DNA from: an uncultured Chlamydiae bacterium
GTDB taxonomy: Bacteria; Chlamydiota; Chlamydiia; Chlamydiales; Rhabdochlamydiaceae
Assembly: GCA_963718715.1 (NCBI GenBank)
Contig: OY970369.1
Location: forward strand, 166,302-230,301
Direction: 5' to 3'
DNA length: 64,000 nt
The position numbers and the translations under genes are program-made. The notes under the pieces are model-generated. The model was given only the letters and a program-made list of their open reading frames with translations, did not search any database and was not told where the DNA came from. Positions 13,373-21,504 of this stretch are shown here, piece by piece (position 1 is the first letter of the stretch; each line of letters begins with the position of its first letter).

Positions 13373-13480
13373 AAGGGACAAAAAGGACAAAAGCGACTTA
13401 AAGGACCAAAGTGAGCTAAGGCGAAAGCTGGTTTCTTAGGTCCCTTGGGTCGCTTTTGTCCTTTTCGTCCCTTTTTTTTC
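13373..13480 (+). repeat. Long palindrome (35-nt arms) followed by a T-run; probable hctA terminator
   Basis: Arms AAGGGACAAAAAGGACAAAAGCGACTTAAAGGACC (13373-13407) and GGTCCCTTGGGTCGCTTTTGTCCTTTTCGTCCCTT (13439-13473) are followed by TTTTTTTT. It begins 35 nt after the hctA stop. Confidence 0.6.
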
Positions 13481-13530
13481 TTTGGTCCCTTTTCTTCTCT
13501 TTTAGTCCTCTTCAGGCTAAACTTGTTCCC

Positions 13531-14916
13531 ATGCAAGAGCCACACCTACCCATTTTACGCATCGACCATCTTTCAGAAAAGGGGCGCGGAATCGGCTATT
13601 TTCAAGGAAGCAAAATCGAAGTGCTTTCAGCCCTACCGGGGGATGAGGTGGAGGTGGAGCTCGGGCGCAAACGCAGGGGAGCCTGCCAGGGTTGCTTGCG
13701 GAAGATCCTACACCCCTCTCCTCTGCGCGTAGACCCGCGCTGCCTCCATGTCCCCCAGTGCGGAGGGTGTGCACTGCAGCAGATGTCCTACGAGGCGCAG
13801 CTCAGCGAAAAACAGAGCCGCCTGGAAAAGCTATTCGCTCCCTTACTGCAAGCGGATCAGGCGGCGATCCATCCGATGATCCCCTGCGCATCGCCTTGGG
13901 CCTATCGGAACAAGATGGAGTTTTCTTTTTCGCAAAATCGGGCAGGGGAGCGCTTTTTAGGCCTGATGTTGGCAGGAGGGGGGAGTAAGGTGCTGAATCT
14001 CCGGGAATGCCATCTGACGACCCCTTGGTTTACGCAGGTGTTAGAAGCGGTGAGGTGCTGGTGGCAAGAGAGCGGTCTAAAGGCGTACCACCCCCCCTCT
14101 AATGAGGGATCGCTCCGGACGCTGATTGTGAGGGAGGGACAGAGAACGGGAGATCGAATGGTGATGCTGACCGTTTCCGGCAATCCCGCTTTTGCCTTGA
14201 ACAAACAGCAGATGGATGCATTTGCGGAGGCTGTGGATGGGACGGGGAATGGACGATCTGCAATCAGCCTTTTTTTGCGGATCCAACAGATCGCGCCCGG
14301 AAGCCCGACCCAATTCTATGAGATGCATCTGCGGGGTCCCGACCACATCAGAGAGGAGCTGCATATCGATGGGTCCGTCCTTTCCTTTAAAATCAGCCCG
14401 AGCTCCTTTTTCCAGCCCAATACTCTCCAAGCGGAAAAGCTGTACGCGCGCTCTCTGCAAATGGCGGAGTTGCCAGCGGATGCGCATGTCTTAGATCTCT
14501 ACTGCGGCACGGGAACGCTCGGGATGGCCTTTGCTCTCAGAGCAAAGCGGGTGGTGGGGATTGAGCTGAATCCCTATGCGGTTTTCGATGCGCAAGCGAA
14601 TATCCAATCCAATGGAATGGCTCACTTCGAGGTGTTGCACGGGGATGTCGGCGCCCTTTTACCCCAGCTTGCCTCTCAAGGCCAGCCCGATCTCGTCCTT
14701 CTCGATCCGCCCCGATGCGGCCTCGATCCCTCTGCTTTAAATGCGTTGGTCGCGCTCCATCCCAAGAAAATTCTGTACGTCTCCTGCAATCCCAAAACTC
14801 AAGTTGAAAATATCCAGATTTTAAGGAAGTCGGGATACCGGTTGCTTGAGTTGCAGCCCGTGGATCAATTTCCCCATACGGTGCATATTGAAAATATCGC
14901 TTTGCTTACCAGCTGA
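13531..14916 (+). CDS. 23S rRNA (uracil-5)-methyltransferase, RumA/RlmD-TrmA family (TRAM, Fe-S Cys cluster, SAM MTase)
   Basis: TRAM-like N-terminus (EKGRGIGYFQGSKIEV), Cys cluster (C…CGGC), SAM motif DLYCGTGTLG and the C-terminal DPPR…YVSCNP motif. The start was set at MQEPHLP, downstream of the palindrome that the track ORF ran through. Confidence 0.85.
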   Translation: MQEPHLPILRIDHLSEKGRGIGYFQGSKIEVLSALPGDEVEVELGRKRRGACQGCLRKILHPSPLRVDPRCLHVPQCGGCALQQMSYEAQLSEKQSRLEKLFAPLLQADQAAIHPMIPCASPWAYRNKMEFSFSQNRAGERFLGLMLAGGGSKVLNLRECHLTTPWFTQVLEAVRCWWQESGLKAYHPPSNEGSLRTLIVREGQRTGDRMVMLTVSGNPAFALNKQQMDAFAEAVDGTGNGRSAISLFLRIQQIAPGSPTQFYEMHLRGPDHIREELHIDGSVLSFKISPSSFFQPNTLQAEKLYARSLQMAELPADAHVLDLYCGTGTLGMAFALRAKRVVGIELNPYAVFDAQANIQSNGMAHFEVLHGDVGALLPQLASQGQPDLVLLDPPRCGLDPSALNALVALHPKKILYVSCNPKTQVENIQILRKSGYRLLELQPVDQFPHTVHIENIALLTS

Positions 14917-14992
14917 GGAATTTTCTTGCTTTCTCAGCGGGAATGAGGCAATCTTTCTTATTATCTTTTTAACCACTACAGGAAATGCATAT

Positions 14993-15430
14993 ATGAAAAA
15001 AATGTTTAAATTTTTGATGGGGCTGCCTTTTTTCATGATGGCCTCCGTCCCGCTCTTTGCAGACGAAGCGGCGCCTGCAGCGCGTGAGCAGAGCATGTGG
15101 CAGACGGTCATTATGATTGGGATTGCCCTCGTTTTCTTTTACTTCATTCTCTGGCGTCCGGAGCAAAAACGGCGCAAGACGATGCAAAAGCAGCGCGAAG
15201 CTCTCAAAAAGGGCGACCGGGTGACGGCGATGGGAATCGTAGGAACGGTAGCGAGCATCAAGGATAATACCAATACCGTGATCCTCAGAATGGTCGACGG
15301 AGCTAAAATCGAAGTGGTGAAAGCGGCCATCACCGATGTGCAGCCCGGCACAGAAGAAGATGCGAAGAAAGCGGAAAAAGAAGAGGGCAAGCGGGTCGAT
15401 TTCTCTTCTACCGAAAACGAAACGCGCTAA
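14993..15430 (+). CDS. yajC: Preprotein translocase subunit YajC
   Basis: A transmembrane segment is followed by ILWRPEQKRRK…LKKGDRVTAMGIVGTV, the YajC signature. The start was set at MKKMFKF. Confidence 0.85.
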   Translation: MKKMFKFLMGLPFFMMASVPLFADEAAPAAREQSMWQTVIMIGIALVFFYFILWRPEQKRRKTMQKQREALKKGDRVTAMGIVGTVASIKDNTNTVILRMVDGAKIEVVKAAITDVQPGTEEDAKKAEKEEGKRVDFSSTENETR

Positions 15431-15441
15431 TTTAGGATGAT

Positions 15442-15464
15442 GAGGGAATGGGCCCCATTCCCTC
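15442..15464. terminator. Possible bidirectional hairpin between convergent genes
   Basis: GAGGGAATGG-GCC-CCATTCCCTC lies between yajC (+) and the 520-aa ORF (-). There is no clear T-tract. Confidence 0.3.
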
Positions 15465-15482
15465 GGTATCCAGAGGTGGCCT

Positions 15483-17045
15483 TTAGTTGTTTTGTGAAAG
15501 TTGGACTATTTTCATCGTTGTTTCTCGCAATTTTGTTGCAAGCGGGGCATTAAGAGGAACGCTGTTGGTTATTTTCTTTTTCTGGAAGTCGATGAGTTCT
15601 TTGTTCATTTGATCGAGCTGCTCTTTTGGCAATCCACGGAAATGAGCTTCATTTTTGGTGATGATCTCCAAAATGGAATCCACGATCTTTTCCGCTTCAG
15701 CGGTGTTGTCGTTTGTGACATTGACATGGGTTAACTTGTCTATTTCTTGGGTCAATTGCTGAGTGGGTAAAGCCTTTGGAAGCGCATCGCGGTTAGCTGT
15801 CCTTAAAACCTCATTCATCTTTGCAAGGTTCTCCTGCATTGTACGGCTACAATCTAATGTCTGCTTTATGAGTATAGATGATAACGGCTCAGAAGGCATT
15901 TGTATTTGGGGAAGAGTGGCTGTTGGTATGAGGAGTGTCGGTGCACTGAGATCAGATTCTAGATATGCTTGCTTTTTAGCTGGGGTCAAGCCAACCGGCT
16001 GCGGAGCGAATTCATCGGCGACAGCATTTATTCTATCCCAGGCTCGGTTTTTACGAGAGATTTCTTTGGCTTTCTCTTTTTCCTCTTCTCGGTTTTCATT
16101 GAACCGAATGTGCTGTTGTAGTTCATTAATCTGCTCATCTTTTTCTTGATTGCGGACTTTTAGCTCTCCAATTTGCTCCTGCGCCTTTTTTTCTTTTTCT
16201 TGATATAGCTTGTCCATCTCATTTATGAACTGAGTTTTTCTATCATCGTGGATTATTAGAGTATTAATTGCCCTTTGTTGCTCTGCAATAACGGTGTTCT
16301 GATTTTCTATACGATGTTGTTTATCCTGCATATCAGCTTCGATCTGACGGCGGCGCGCCTCTTCTTCACGCTGAGTACGTTCAATGCCGTCTTTTAGGTA
16401 GCCGATGTGCGCATCTTTTTCTTGCATCTGAGTGTTCATTTCTTCCATTTGATATTCCATCGCACGCTGGCGCTTTTCCATATTCCTAGTAATTTCAGCA
16501 AAGCGTTCGTTTTGCTCTCTCCAAGCTGCTTCCACTTCTTTTCGGGGGATCAGGTCGCCGCCTGGCGCCGCCTGATCGTGGGGATGAGCTGCAGAGGATA
16601 ATTGGGCGGGGGGGAGATGCTGGAGGTGGTCTTGATGGCATCTGTTCCATACATTATTTGCGGCGTCTAGGACCTCTTTGCCAATCCCATAGAGGAAGAT
16701 ATCCTCCGGAGCAAGACGAGAAAATGCGGCCGGGGTCCAGGAGACGCTCACGCTTCCATCTAGGGCAAAAAAGATGGCAAGGGGGTTCTGGCCTTGTGGA
16801 TAAATTTCGATCGTTCTTTCGGTAAAATAGATGTTGGCGTGGGTTCCTTCACCCGGATTCGATCCGAGCAGAGGTCTAACCACCTCTTTAAAGAAATGAC
16901 TCTCGATTAATCGAGCGACGGGGTCGCTAACAGTCCAAACCCTCAATTCTTCGGCATGATAGGGGCAAAGGGGGAGCCGGCTCGACCTGTCTGGCGAACC
17001 ATAGAGGGATATGGGAGGTTGGGCATCTACATGTGTATGAGTCAT
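15483..17045 (-). CDS. Hypothetical large coiled-coil protein (candidate secreted effector)
   Basis: 520 aa. A globular N-terminal ~150 aa is followed by a long E/K/Q-rich heptad-like region (EKRQRAMEYQMEEMNTQMQEKD…). I recognise no enzymatic motif. It has its own strong promoter. Confidence 0.7.
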   Translation of the reverse strand: MTHTHVDAQPPISLYGSPDRSSRLPLCPYHAEELRVWTVSDPVARLIESHFFKEVVRPLLGSNPGEGTHANIYFTERTIEIYPQGQNPLAIFFALDGSVSVSWTPAAFSRLAPEDIFLYGIGKEVLDAANNVWNRCHQDHLQHLPPAQLSSAAHPHDQAAPGGDLIPRKEVEAAWREQNERFAEITRNMEKRQRAMEYQMEEMNTQMQEKDAHIGYLKDGIERTQREEEARRRQIEADMQDKQHRIENQNTVIAEQQRAINTLIIHDDRKTQFINEMDKLYQEKEKKAQEQIGELKVRNQEKDEQINELQQHIRFNENREEEKEKAKEISRKNRAWDRINAVADEFAPQPVGLTPAKKQAYLESDLSAPTLLIPTATLPQIQMPSEPLSSILIKQTLDCSRTMQENLAKMNEVLRTANRDALPKALPTQQLTQEIDKLTHVNVTNDNTAEAEKIVDSILEIITKNEAHFRGLPKEQLDQMNKELIDFQKKKITNSVPLNAPLATKLRETTMKIVQLSQNN

Positions 17046-17077
17046 AATTACACCTTATTATTGTTTTTATGTATTTA

Positions 17078-17106
17078 ATTATATTATTTAATCGTTAAAA
17101 AGTCAA
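17078..17106 (-). promoter_or_regulatory. Sigma70/66-type promoter TTGACT-N17-TATAAT for the 520-aa ORF
   Basis: On the minus strand, TTGACT is at 17106-17101, the spacer is 17 nt and TATAAT is at 17083-17078. It lies about 30 nt upstream of the ATG at 17045, inside an extremely AT-rich tract. Confidence 0.45.
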
Positions 17107-17164
17107 TTTAATATTTTATACGCGTTTGTGTTTGTTAATTAGTGATTTAGAGCTTTTAAAAAAA

Positions 17165-17300
17165 GATCCGCTTTGGTATCCCTTCGATATGTAAACAACT
17201 CTCGCCTAAAGGCGAAAGCTTTATGGTCAGCGATTAACTGCCACATGCGTGCGGTTTACAGCGCACGTTGCTCGATCGGCAGATAGAGCAAACCTACAGA
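17165..17300 (-). ncRNA. Predicted omega/reRNA guide-RNA scaffold of TnpB (position inferred)
   Basis: In characterised TnpB systems the guide-RNA scaffold overlaps the 3' end of tnpB and runs to the right end of the IS. The RE hairpin lies here. No covariance model was run. Confidence 0.3.
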
Positions 17301-18336
17301 GATTCCGACTTGCATTCAAGTCGCTGTGCTGTCGGTTTCCACAAGAACATGTAAAACGGTGCTTTTGTCTTGCGCCAAGAGCACCGCATAAGGAGCAAAT
17401 TTGACTGCTATAAGCTGGATTCATGTAGATAATCCCCAAGCCGCGAGCTTGGGCCTTGTATTCGACAAACAGTTGCAATTGACTAAAGGCCCAGCGGTGC
17501 AGACGAGTTCTGTTTCGCTTGCTGCCTTTGATCCTTTTGCGCATGTTTTTCAAGTCTTCAAGAACAATCATCCCAGCGCCCATTTGAAGGGCTTCTTTCA
17601 CAATCTCATTGCTCATCCCATGATTGACATGTTTCATCCAGCGCGCTTCTTTGCCAGAGATTTTCTTCAGCAATTGTTTTGCCGACTGAGAACCGTTGGA
17701 CTGAAGCCTGCGCCGCATGGCGAGATATTGATCCCTTTGAAAGCGAATCTTGCCTCCGCAAATCAATTTGCCGCTGCTCATCGCAGCCGCGTTATTCTCC
17801 CCAAGATCCACCCCAAGCAGCGTGTCGCTTTGGCTCAAGGCGGGATCGGGAAGATCCAACACAAGGTTAAAAAACCATTTTCCCTTTTTACAGATCAACT
17901 CAGCTTCTTTGGGAATACCCTGAGCAAAATACTGCTCTTGGAAGTCGCTCATTCTCATTTCCACTTTAATCCGCTTACCCAAAGTGTAGAGAGAAAGAAT
18001 TTTTCCTTTGATCGAATAGGTCCGTTTGTCAAAATGGACGCTTGCGTTTTTGCGAAACTGAATCTTTGGAACTTCTTCGCTTTTTTCAATGCCTCGATTC
18101 TTATAGGCTTTGCACACGGCAAAGATCGCACTGCACACCATCTGAGAGCCGAGTGGAGATTCCATTCTAATTTTGGAATAGCAAAGATGGTGGAGTGCAA
18201 CTCGATTCCAACATCGATATTCCATTGCAAAGGGGACGATTTCATTGCAGGCGGAAACAAAATGATGTCCCAACTTAAAAAGCTCTTGGCTATCCTCAGC
18301 AGCAACTTTAATTTTAATCGAAATCGTGCGTTTCAT
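17227..18336 (-). CDS. tnpB: TnpB (IS605 OrfB-type RNA-guided endonuclease)
   Basis: The RuvC triad context is intact (GVDLGENN, IVLEDLKNM, HSDLNASRN). The zinc finger is CSLCG…CSCG. The 369-aa ORF is uninterrupted. Confidence 0.9.
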   Translation of the reverse strand: MKRTISIKIKVAAEDSQELFKLGHHFVSACNEIVPFAMEYRCWNRVALHHLCYSKIRMESPLGSQMVCSAIFAVCKAYKNRGIEKSEEVPKIQFRKNASVHFDKRTYSIKGKILSLYTLGKRIKVEMRMSDFQEQYFAQGIPKEAELICKKGKWFFNLVLDLPDPALSQSDTLLGVDLGENNAAAMSSGKLICGGKIRFQRDQYLAMRRRLQSNGSQSAKQLLKKISGKEARWMKHVNHGMSNEIVKEALQMGAGMIVLEDLKNMRKRIKGSKRNRTRLHRWAFSQLQLFVEYKAQARGLGIIYMNPAYSSQICSLCGALGARQKHRFTCSCGNRQHSDLNASRNLCRFALSADRATCAVNRTHVAVNR

Positions 18337-18439
18337 TGGCTGCAGAAAATACTCAAATCTATTTTAAAACTCAAGTTAAATAAAGGAGCGGCGTTTCCTC
18401 CCAGTCCTAAAGGACTGGGTTTCCACGCCGTCAAATAGG

Positions 18440-19666
18440 ATGAAAATGGATATAGGAATAGGTTGGCTTTTCCTCCTATTGGCCATCACTGGCCTTCTGG
18501 GGGCGGGGGAACCCTCTGCCCTCTATTTGACCTGGGTGGGCGACCCGAGCAGTACGATGGCCATCCAGTGGCACACGGGGAAGGAAGAAGAGTCGCGGAT
18601 CTTTTACCAAAAGGAAGGAGAAGAGAAGTGGCAGCAGATGGAAGGGCGCGTTAAACCGATCCGCCGTACGGCTGTTTTTGTCCATGTCGTCGAGCTGACA
18701 GAGCTGGAGGAGGACAGCGACTATGCATTTAAGATGGGGGAGGAGGGGGAAATCTATCGCTTTCGGACGCTGCCCAGAGACCTGAAGCGAGAGGTGCGTT
18801 TTGTGGTAGGAGGAGATGCCTACTCCTATCTCAATGTGCTCAAGAAAATGAATCGGGAAATTGCAAAAAGCGATCCCGACTTTGTGATTTTAGGCGGAGA
18901 TATCGCCTATGCTCATGGGCGAGCCTCCCTGTTTAGAGGGGGCCAGGCGGAGATCAAGCGCTGGCAGACTTTTTTCAGGGAATGGAAGAAGATGGTGACA
19001 ACGGAGGGGAGGCTGATCCCGCTCCTGGTCGTCATCGGGAATCACGACGTGAAAGGCCCGCGCCTCGATCCTAAGGAAGCGGAGGTGATGTTTTATGAGC
19101 TGTTCGCGTTTCCGGAAGAGGGGATTCCTTACCGCACGCTCGATATCGGATCTTACTTGAACGTGTTTCTATTGGATACGGGACATACCTATTCGATTGG
19201 TGGCCAGCAGTCGTTGTGGTTAGAACAGGCTCTAAAAGAGCGGGAAAATACTCCTTTTAAAATGGCTGTCTACCACGTCAGCGCCTATCCGTCGGTTTAT
19301 CCCTATTCGGGCAAGGCGTCCGCTAAGATCCGCAAGTCGTGGTCGCCCCTCTTCGAGCGGTATGGCGTGCAGGTGGCGTTTGAACATCACAACCATGCCT
19401 ACAAACGCACCTTTCCCATCAAAGGGGAAAAAATCGATCCGGATGGGGTGATCTATCTGGGAGATGGCGCTTGGGGAGTGGCGCCTAGAAAACCGCTGTC
19501 GCCGCAAAAGGCGTGGTACTTGGCTAAATCAAAGGCCGTCAATTGTTTTTGGCTAGCGACCCTGCGAGAGGGCGAATGCGCCTTGGAATCGCGCGATCTC
19601 AAGGGCAGAACGATTGAACGGTTTGCAATTAAGAGACTGTCTGAGCGCTTAGCAAGTTCTCCATGA
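18440..19666 (+). CDS. Secreted metallophosphoesterase, purple-acid-phosphatase-like
   Basis: Signal-like N-terminus, an Fn3-like segment (MAIQWHT) and calcineurin-type motifs GGDAYS, GGDIAYA, GNHD and HHNHAYKR. Confidence 0.8.
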   Translation: MKMDIGIGWLFLLLAITGLLGAGEPSALYLTWVGDPSSTMAIQWHTGKEEESRIFYQKEGEEKWQQMEGRVKPIRRTAVFVHVVELTELEEDSDYAFKMGEEGEIYRFRTLPRDLKREVRFVVGGDAYSYLNVLKKMNREIAKSDPDFVILGGDIAYAHGRASLFRGGQAEIKRWQTFFREWKKMVTTEGRLIPLLVVIGNHDVKGPRLDPKEAEVMFYELFAFPEEGIPYRTLDIGSYLNVFLLDTGHTYSIGGQQSLWLEQALKERENTPFKMAVYHVSAYPSVYPYSGKASAKIRKSWSPLFERYGVQVAFEHHNHAYKRTFPIKGEKIDPDGVIYLGDGAWGVAPRKPLSPQKAWYLAKSKAVNCFWLATLREGECALESRDLKGRTIERFAIKRLSERLASSP

Positions 19667-21437
19667 GGTGCGTGGAGCGGGAGACGAAGGCTGAGAGATG
19701 CGCGGGATCGAGTTCTTTTTGCGCAAGCAGGGAGAGTTCGTAGAGGTGGGAAACCATCTCCTTGGCAAGGGCGGGGTCTTTGAGCGCGTAGAGGGAGGCG
19801 ATCAATTTGCTGTTGGTGTTGACGACAAGCGTGCGCTTATCTTTCCATTCCGAGGGGATTTTCTGGCCGGAGAGGGCAAAGTAGTCGCGCATCCGGCGGG
19901 TGTCTTCATCTACGACGATAAAGGCGGGGAGCGATTCGCTGGCAAGGCTGCGCGCTTCGACGGGGATATCGAGATGGGAGCCGATGAAATGGGCGATCCG
20001 CATCGCCTCGGTCTTGCCGTCGGCGTCGAGGAGGGTTTTTTCGCGCGCCGCATCGAGGATGGTGTCGTCGATCGCGCCGTCGATCCGTTGGAATTGGACG
20101 GGCCTGCACTTGTCTTCGAGGAAATGGATCAGCGCGGTATCTACGGGGCTGCCGGCATAGAGCACCTCGATCCCTTTGTTTGTATAGAGATCGAGGAAAT
20201 GGGCCTGGTGTTTGTCGTCCGAGGTGTAAAAGACTTTGCCCGGATGTTTTTCTAGATACTGGTCCAGGGTTTTCCATTCTCCCGAGAGGTTTTTCCAAAT
20301 GAGGAATTCTTTGGCGCGCTCATAAAATTTATTGTCCTGCAGGATGCCGAGCTTGACGACCATTTCGACATGGGGCCAAGCGGTTAAGAATCGCTCTCTT
20401 TCCTGTTCGTAGAGCGCTGTTAAACGGTCGGAAACTTTTTTAGAGATGTGCGTGGAGAGCTGGCGCACGGTGCGGTCCATCTGCAAATAGCTGCGCGAGA
20501 CGTTCAGGGGGATGTCGGGGCTGTCGATGGCGCCGCGCAGGCACATCAGATAATCGGGGATGAGATCTTTGCAGTTGTCTGAAACGAAGACGCGGTTGCA
20601 AAAGAGTTTGATCGTCTGCTGGGTCCAGTCGAATTTGCGGTGGATGTGGGGAAAATAGAGGATCCCTTTGAGATGAAAGGGATAATCGACGTTTAAGTGG
20701 ATCCAGAAAATGGGATCGGGTTCCAGCGGATAGAGCTTCCGATAGAATTGAAGGTATTCGGCATCGGAGCACTCGGCGGCGTTTTTCATCCAGAGGGGTT
20801 CTTTGTCATTGATGCGCACCCCATTGAGCGTGATGGGAAAGGGGAGGTAGGCGCAATACTGCTGCAGGATCTGAGATAGGCGTCCCTCTTCTAAGAACTC
20901 TGCGCTGTCTGGGGCGATGTGGAGGGTAATTTGCGTGCCGCGGGCGGTCCGGGAGCCTTGCTCGATCGTATAGGAGGAGGAGCCATCGCAAGACCAAAAG
21001 ACGGGTTCGGCGTTTTCTTGATAGGAGAGGGTGTCGATCTCCACTTTTTCCGAGACCATGTAGGCGGAATAAAAACCGAGGCCAAAATGCCCGATGATCT
21101 GATCCTGTTCATTTTTGCTCTGGTATTTGCTGAGAAACTCTTCGGCCCCCGAGAAGGCGATTTGGGCGATGTACTTCTCCACCTCTTCGGCGCTCATCCC
21201 GATGCCGGTATCGATGAACTGCAAGGTTCGCTTTTCTTTATCGACAATCAAGTCGATGCGCAGCTGCTCTTCCTGGAGGGAAATGCCGCCGTGATTGCTG
21301 AGGATTTTGAGTTTGCCGAGGGCATCGCAGGCGTTCGAGATCAGCTCGCGCACGAAGATCTCTTTATCGGAGTATAGCCATTTTTTAATAATGGGGAGGA
21401 TATTCTCCGTATGGATCTTTAACTTGCCCTGTGCCAT
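19629..21437 (-). CDS. htpG: Molecular chaperone HtpG (Hsp90)
   Basis: The N-terminal GHKL ATPase motifs are KEIFVRELISNACDALGK and IGHFGLGFYSAYMV. The protein is full length at 602 aa. Confidence 0.95.
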   Translation of the reverse strand: MAQGKLKIHTENILPIIKKWLYSDKEIFVRELISNACDALGKLKILSNHGGISLQEEQLRIDLIVDKEKRTLQFIDTGIGMSAEEVEKYIAQIAFSGAEEFLSKYQSKNEQDQIIGHFGLGFYSAYMVSEKVEIDTLSYQENAEPVFWSCDGSSSYTIEQGSRTARGTQITLHIAPDSAEFLEEGRLSQILQQYCAYLPFPITLNGVRINDKEPLWMKNAAECSDAEYLQFYRKLYPLEPDPIFWIHLNVDYPFHLKGILYFPHIHRKFDWTQQTIKLFCNRVFVSDNCKDLIPDYLMCLRGAIDSPDIPLNVSRSYLQMDRTVRQLSTHISKKVSDRLTALYEQERERFLTAWPHVEMVVKLGILQDNKFYERAKEFLIWKNLSGEWKTLDQYLEKHPGKVFYTSDDKHQAHFLDLYTNKGIEVLYAGSPVDTALIHFLEDKCRPVQFQRIDGAIDDTILDAAREKTLLDADGKTEAMRIAHFIGSHLDIPVEARSLASESLPAFIVVDEDTRRMRDYFALSGQKIPSEWKDKRTLVVNTNSKLIASLYALKDPALAKEMVSHLYELSLLAQKELDPAHLSAFVSRSTHLMENLLSAQTVS

Positions 21438-21504
21438 AAAATCGCCTGGTTAATTGCAGGAAAGGATATATCCTTAAACCCTATTTGTTGTATACACTAA
21501 TTAT

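Larger units (their letters stand above)
17165..18436 (-). mobile_element. IS200/IS605-family element carrying only tnpB (IS1341-like); no tnpA
   Basis: tnpB is flanked by subterminal imperfect hairpins that share a CCTAAAGG centre. The LE side is GGCGT-TTCC-TCCCAGTCC-TAAA-GGACTGGG-TTTCC-ACGCC (18390-18429). The RE side is TCGCC-TAAA-GGCGA (17201-17214). There are no terminal inverted repeats. Boundaries are approximate. Confidence 0.7.

Noticed and set aside
17401-18438. 345-aa ORF on the + strand
   Set aside because: It lies entirely antisense to the well-supported tnpB gene and has no recognisable motif. It is a mirror-frame artefact.
19629-19666. Convergent 3'-end overlaps (19629-19666, 40864-40874, 59108-59117 and 62085-62119) as possible antisense regulation
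   Set aside because: Short overlaps of convergent stop regions are common in compact genomes. The sequence offers no additional evidence of function.
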